Source: Promethearchaeota archaeon | GTDB lineage: Archaea; Asgardarchaeota; Lokiarchaeia; Sigyniarchaeales; SOKP01 | NCBI GenBank assembly: GCA_004524535.1 | Contig: SDNY01000063.1 | Span: forward strand, 1 to 21,003 | Length of the DNA: 21,003 nucleotides | Direction: 5' to 3' | Shown: in pieces, positions 16,550 through 21,003 of the stretch | Position numbering within the stretch: position 1 is the stretch's first letter | Layout of the letters: each line of letters opens with the position of its first letter | Translations under genes and position numbers: made by a program | Notes under the pieces: model-generated | The model's input: only the letters and a program-made list of their open reading frames with translations | What the model was told of the DNA's origin: nothing | Database searches by the model: none

Positions 16550-19500
16550 CTAATAATTCCCTATTGTCATAAATTCAAATCCTTCAAAAGGCTCTAAATT
16601 AATTATGGTAGTGGAATTTGTATATACTTCAAAAAGAGTTTCATAAAACGCTTCTTTTTTATCCATACCTTGTGCCCAAATACGAATATTATGAATGCCT
16701 ATTGTATATCCATCTATTGAAAAAACTATATCTTCATCAGGGATATAAGGTCCTTGATCTACTATAACATCATCAATAGATACATTAAAAAAACCTGAAT
16801 AGTCTGAGGAAATACTAAAATTTAGCAAATTACCTGTTGTCATAAATTGATAGTTAGGAATCTCATTTATATTAATAAGTGTTATTGAATTAGAGAACAC
16901 AATAAATTCAGCAGAAGCCGTTCCAACCTTATAATCTTCTCCAATCGCCCAGATGGTGATATTATGAGGGCCTATCCCATATCCATCTATACAATAATTA
17001 ATGAGTTCCCCACTTATATAATCATCCTCGAGTTTTAGCTCCGTATCAATAAAGAGCTTAAAATAATCCGGATACCGTGAACTAATATTAAAACTTACAA
17101 AATGTCCAAGAGACATAAATTCATAATCATTAAGCTCTATTATTTCAACTTGAGTAATTGACAGAGAATATACGGTAAATGAAGATCCACATGTAGATAC
17201 CTTGCCTATACTATCATTAGCCCAAATTAAAATGTGATGCTCTCCAACATCATATCCATCAATTGAGCTGGTTATTATATCTCCCCCAAACTCGTAGCAC
17301 CCTTGATAAACTAAAAAATTATCTATGAAGATTTTATAAGATTCTGGAAAGGAAGCATTAATTTTAATGAGAGCAGTATGTTCAGTTGTTCTAAACTCAT
17401 AATTAGGGAGAGAAATTATATCTATATAAATAAAGGATTTACCAAATACTTGAAATTGAACCATAGAAGAAGTCTCTTTTTCATCGGAACTATTTGCCCA
17501 TATTAAGACAGTGTGTATTCCAACTTTATATCCGTCTAAACTGTATATTATAGATTCTCCATTTAGATATTTACCCGAATCAACCAAGATATTGTCAATC
17601 TTCAATTCATAGCTATCAGGATAATCTGAAAAGATACTAAAATTTAGAATGTTGCCTGTACTGTTATAGAGAAAATTATTGATATGATTTATTTTAATAA
17701 TCGTTTCTGAATCTGAATAGACTGAAAGATATGCCTCAATTATTCCATCCTTCCCATCTAGAGCTGTTGCAATTATAGAGACATTATGAACTCCGACTTT
17801 ATACCCATCAATTGAAAAATTAAATATTTCACCATCATAATAGTGACCAGAGCTTATTTTATTACCATCAATTGTAAAATTATATTGATCAGGATATTGC
17901 GAAAATATTTGAAATGAAATATTATTTCCTTCGGACATAAATTTATAATTATTAAGCTCTAATATATTAACTATTGTAACAGAATCTGAGAAGACCGCAA
18001 ATATAGCAGAAGTCTCACAATAATTATCATCTTTAGAAGTAGCATTAATTTTCAAAATATAATCACCTAATTGAGCTGTATAGTTGTCTAAGGAATAGAT
18101 ATGCGTTGTCTCTCCATAGTTAAAATTAGTGGAGTTTGCAAGTTGGTTATTAATCCAAATAAAATAGGTTCCGGAATAGCTTGAGCTTATATTAAATTTA
18201 AGATAATTTTCTGTACTTAAGAATTTACAATTTTCAAGATGTTCAATATTTATTATAAGGGAAGAATCACTTAATTCATATAAATAAAGCTCACATACCC
18301 ATAATAGAATATCTTGATTAAGGTCCTTTCTTTCAGTTGTTAAATAAAATTCCTTGTACTCATTATCATGAATATCATTAATTAAATCATAAATTAGATC
18401 AAAATTAAATTCAATGTCCAGGTCTAGAAGCCCATCAATTTTCCAAGAATAGTATATATTCTTAATATTTGAGTAATCAAGATTATTTTCTATGAAATTC
18501 TTAATTTTCTGAGTATTTAGTGAAAACATATCGGTCTCGTTTAGAATATAGATCATATAATAAGTAGCCTCAAGAGAGTCTTCAATTTTGTTGCTGTATT
18601 CAAATTTAGAATATATCTCGGTCGGGGTCTCAATAATATTATTAGAAACATAAGAGTATAATGCTGCTGTATCGACACCAAGACTTTCATAATCGCCTAG
18701 ACCTTTATAGTCAGAAATTAATTTTAAGATTTTTATAGCCCAATAAGAGTACTTAAAACGAACATCGTTGTCTTTCCATTCTTCAGGAACAGAATGAGTA
18801 TCCCACCAAGGATCATTCCAATACGAATCTGCCATAAACCCTCCAAAATTACTTTCAGCATTGTTTAGATATTGACTGTTTACTACCTCAGAAATCACAT
18901 CCTCAAGATCATACTCCCCATCAAAGTCATCGAGTTTGGAGGTTCTCTCAAGGATATCTAATGCCTTGTATAATGTCATTAAAGAAGAATATCGATTTGG
19001 AAAAGAGTATTCAATAGGATAGGCCCTAAATTGTCCATGTTTCGGAAAGGGCGAGACCATCAAAGGGTTGGTTTCATGCATAGAAACAGACGTAAATTCT
19101 GGATTGGGATACTTTTCAGTTGCATCATCGATAAAATCATAAATCATTTGAATATCCAAATCTCCGACTCTCCCATAGAGGTCAAAGGAATTCACAATAG
19201 AATATAGCAAACTTAAACTCATATAATCCTCAGAAAGCGCCGAAAATCCCTCTCCCGACATATAATTTGTCATTGAATTTGCGATTTCATTTTTATTTCC
19301 AGATGTCAATTGAGAGATCTCACCCGTATGTACCAAGCTTCTAATTACTTGGTAAGAATCAATAAGTTCGTGGTATCCAGGTATATTGCATTGCTCCCAA
19401 CTACCCATTGAGTTTCTGTTGTCAAAGAGATAATCTAGAACTGCGCTCCTATTAATACCAGCATACCCATAAATGTCAGACAATTCTAGCCCAACAGCAG

Positions 19501-20548
19501 ATGCCGGAACGCTAAGTTGTACGGTATAAGCAGGATAAGTACAGTACTGGAAAAAATCGCCACCTTCATTATAAAGCGCACCTAGATAGTCAAGGAAATC
19601 ATTTACTCTAATAGTATCCTCCATTCCAAATAACTCTAGACTCTTGACGCAATAATAGGACGAAAAGATATTTGGCTCACTAGCAAAAGCTTCTAAACTA
19701 TCAAAACTGTTAGCTCCTTTGTCAAGATCATTCCAGAACCCTCCAAATTGCCAACCGCCAGATTCTTGTAGAGAATTAATATAATCAATGATATTGGAGA
19801 TTTGGGTTTCGTAGCCTACCCAGGTATCCATAAGAAGATCTAAGGTAGTTAACGCAAAATAGGTATTATCCATTGTAGAGATTCTATATTCGTTATCTGG
19901 GCTTGTAGCGTAAGGTCTTCCTATAAAACCCCCCGTTATCGGATTATAGCAGCTCCATATAAAATCAATTGATTCTTGCTTATCAATTAATCCTAGTTGT
20001 CCTAACATCTCAAGCGTAAGAATCGCATAACAATTGACTTCCAGCAAAGTGGTAAAAGGATAATACTCATACCGTGTACTGAAATCAATGCTTAGATATC
20101 TCTCGGCGTAAGCGTCTATGAATGTATACGTACTTGAGTTATAATGTGACATTATAAAATCTGTTATTTCAGTTTGATTGACTGTATTCAACCGATTAAT
20201 CGCATGAAGTAGGTAGACCGCATAATAAGTCGCTTGTAGGGAAGATTTATAGATTTGAGGGAAATATCCCTTAGAAGAATATTCGTTCATTTTATTATCC
20301 AGAGTATTGTTAATCAAGTCAGAATTGCTAGAGGAGGCTGAATAAGGAGGAGAATCATTGTTAATGATGTATTTATCTATCGGAACATCCCCTTCTTCAA
20401 GAACATATAGACTAGGATTTTTCTTCTGCTTATTTATATCATTATTATCTTGACTTGATGTTATCTCGGTTAAAAAGACTCCCAGAATAATAATTGATAA
20501 AAATAAAATAAAGAATTTGATCCTATAATTTTTTTCTCTAAAGACCAT
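16550..20548 (-). CDS. Exported protein with prenyltransferase/squalene-cyclase-like (alpha/alpha barrel) repeats and tandem Ig-like repeats; appears C-terminally truncated
   Basis: N-terminal signal/TM (IKFFILFLSIIILGVFL). Repeats of the type GGF....(S/T)YYA..L..L (QATYYAVYLL; GGFIGRP..NTYFALTTL; GGFWND..SSYYCVKSL; GGFMAD..YSYWAIKIL; EATYYMIYIL), then beta-rich repeats. No C-terminal anchor. Confidence 0.8.
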   Translation of the reverse strand: MVFREKNYRIKFFILFLSIIILGVFLTEITSSQDNNDINKQKKNPSLYVLEEGDVPIDKYIINNDSPPYSASSSNSDLINNTLDNKMNEYSSKGYFPQIYKSSLQATYYAVYLLHAINRLNTVNQTEITDFIMSHYNSSTYTFIDAYAERYLSIDFSTRYEYYPFTTLLEVNCYAILTLEMLGQLGLIDKQESIDFIWSCYNPITGGFIGRPYATSPDNEYRISTMDNTYFALTTLDLLMDTWVGYETQISNIIDYINSLQESGGWQFGGFWNDLDKGANSFDSLEAFASEPNIFSSYYCVKSLELFGMEDTIRVNDFLDYLGALYNEGGDFFQYCTYPAYTVQLSVPASAVGLELSDIYGYAGINRSAVLDYLFDNRNSMGSWEQCNIPGYHELIDSYQVIRSLVHTGEISQLTSGNKNEIANSMTNYMSGEGFSALSEDYMSLSLLYSIVNSFDLYGRVGDLDIQMIYDFIDDATEKYPNPEFTSVSMHETNPLMVSPFPKHGQFRAYPIEYSFPNRYSSLMTLYKALDILERTSKLDDFDGEYDLEDVISEVVNSQYLNNAESNFGGFMADSYWNDPWWDTHSVPEEWKDNDVRFKYSYWAIKILKLISDYKGLGDYESLGVDTAALYSYVSNNIIETPTEIYSKFEYSNKIEDSLEATYYMIYILNETDMFSLNTQKIKNFIENNLDYSNIKNIYYSWKIDGLLDLDIEFNFDLIYDLINDIHDNEYKEFYLTTERKDLNQDILLWVCELYLYELSDSSLIINIEHLENCKFLSTENYLKFNISSSYSGTYFIWINNQLANSTNFNYGETTHIYSLDNYTAQLGDYILKINATSKDDNYCETSAIFAVFSDSVTIVNILELNNYKFMSEGNNISFQIFSQYPDQYNFTIDGNKISSGHYYDGEIFNFSIDGYKVGVHNVSIIATALDGKDGIIEAYLSVYSDSETIIKINHINNFLYNSTGNILNFSIFSDYPDSYELKIDNILVDSGKYLNGESIIYSLDGYKVGIHTVLIWANSSDEKETSSMVQFQVFGKSFIYIDIISLPNYEFRTTEHTALIKINASFPESYKIFIDNFLVYQGCYEFGGDIITSSIDGYDVGEHHILIWANDSIGKVSTCGSSFTVYSLSITQVEIIELNDYEFMSLGHFVSFNISSRYPDYFKLFIDTELKLEDDYISGELINYCIDGYGIGPHNITIWAIGEDYKVGTASAEFIVFSNSITLININEIPNYQFMTTGNLLNFSISSDYSGFFNVSIDDVIVDQGPYIPDEDIVFSIDGYTIGIHNIRIWAQGMDKKEAFYETLFEVYTNSTTIINLEPFEGFEFMTIGNY
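16553..18270 (-). repeat. Six complete ~91-93-aa Ig-like protein repeats plus the first 22 aa of a seventh
   Basis: Consensus S.T.I.I..L.NY.F...GN...F.I.S.YPD.Y...ID......G.Y..G.....SIDGY.VG.H.I.IWA...D.K......F.V(F/Y)S recurs six times. The seventh (NSTTIINLEPFEGFEFMTIGNY) ends at TAG. Confidence 0.9.
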
Positions 20549-20628
20549 GTAAAAAAAAACTGATGAGTATATTTAAAAGAAAAAAAAAAGAATCATTATC
20601 AACATATAGGTTTTAGGGGAGAGGAACA

Positions 20629-20656
20629 CATCTAGATGAGTATTATCTATATAAAT
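20629..20656 (-). promoter_or_regulatory. Putative TATA box for the 1332-aa gene with an adjacent 10-bp palindrome
   Basis: Minus-strand TTTATATA at 20655-20648. Perfect palindrome CATCTAGATG at 20629-20638, between the TATA box and the expected TSS. Confidence 0.3.
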
Positions 20657-20724
20657 GAATAAAAAAGGAAAAAAGGATAAAAATTTTATATTATGATATT
20701 TTACATTATATTGGCAATATAAAA

Positions 20725-20844
20725 GACTCCTGCCGCACCCTGGATTTTTGTCTTTTGGTTAGTGCACTTAGGTGCGCTATGATTTTGCCCCACTTCTCCT
20801 TAGAGATTTTACGACCTTATCGTTAGGTCTCGCGGGCAGGAGTC
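20725..20844 (+). ncRNA. Candidate structured non-coding RNA (unclassified)
   Basis: GC-rich island in AT-rich intergenic DNA. Perfect 10-bp closing stem GACTCCTGCC/GGCAGGAGTC, internal hairpins at 20760-20779, 20795-20806 and 20813-20829, and a T-rich tract from 20848. G-U pairs favour the + strand. Confidence 0.5.
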
Positions 20845-21003
20845 ACCTTTTTAAAATTTTCTATTTTCAAGTTCCATTATTGACTTTTCATTTATATGTT
20901 ATTAAAAGTTATAGATACATGGTACATCAAAAAAAATTCGATTATTTTTAGAAATTTAGATTGATTGATAAACGACGAGTTTTTTTAATAATTTAACAGC
21001 AAA

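Noticed and set aside
20560-20600. CTGATGA resembling a hammerhead ribozyme core or C box
   Set aside because: No stem II before a GAAA and no flanking helices; followed by poly-A.
20725-20847. Identification of the structured element as 5S rRNA, tRNA/tRNA-Sec, SECIS, fluoride riboswitch or c-di-GMP riboswitch
   Set aside because: Its size and closing stem recall 5S, but the conserved CCGAAC-type loop C is missing. It ends in stem+ACC but has no TTCRA T-loop or D-loop GG. The minus-strand TGACTCCTGC and GGGCAAA fragments lack the remaining riboswitch consensus, and no SECIS GA quartet stem was found.
1-21003. CRISPR array, transposase/integrase or tRNA genes
   Set aside because: No regularly spaced direct repeats, recombinase/transposase motifs or cloverleaf with canonical loops were seen.

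Overview
AT-rich archaeal DNA, most consistent with an Asgard archaeon (probably Lokiarchaeia-like; inferred from archaeal-type informational genes plus a gelsolin-domain protein). There are three blocks. (1) 167-7466 (-): a translationally coupled operon of a 1780-aa membrane-anchored beta-propeller protein with many DxDGDG-type Ca-binding loops, an ABC ATPase and an ABC-2-type permease. A gelsolin-like gene lies just upstream on the same strand. (2) 8655-14743: a housekeeping cluster (eS6, eL24 [missed by the ORF track, apparent ATA start], RpoN, L7Ae, eS28, an RHH regulator, Bud32, Kae1, eS31, eS24, DUF359, Spt4, RpoE') in a rearranged order. (3) 14864-20548 (-): an accessory cassette. An exported prenyltransferase-like alpha/alpha-barrel protein with six Ig-like repeats breaks off in the 7th repeat and abuts an ORF with an HNH-like motif, followed by a Cys-rich small protein. 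This looks like a broken polymorphic toxin/immunity locus. A GC-rich, multi-hairpin 120-nt element at 20725-20844 is a candidate novel ncRNA. All calls come from reading motifs by eye; no database searches were run.
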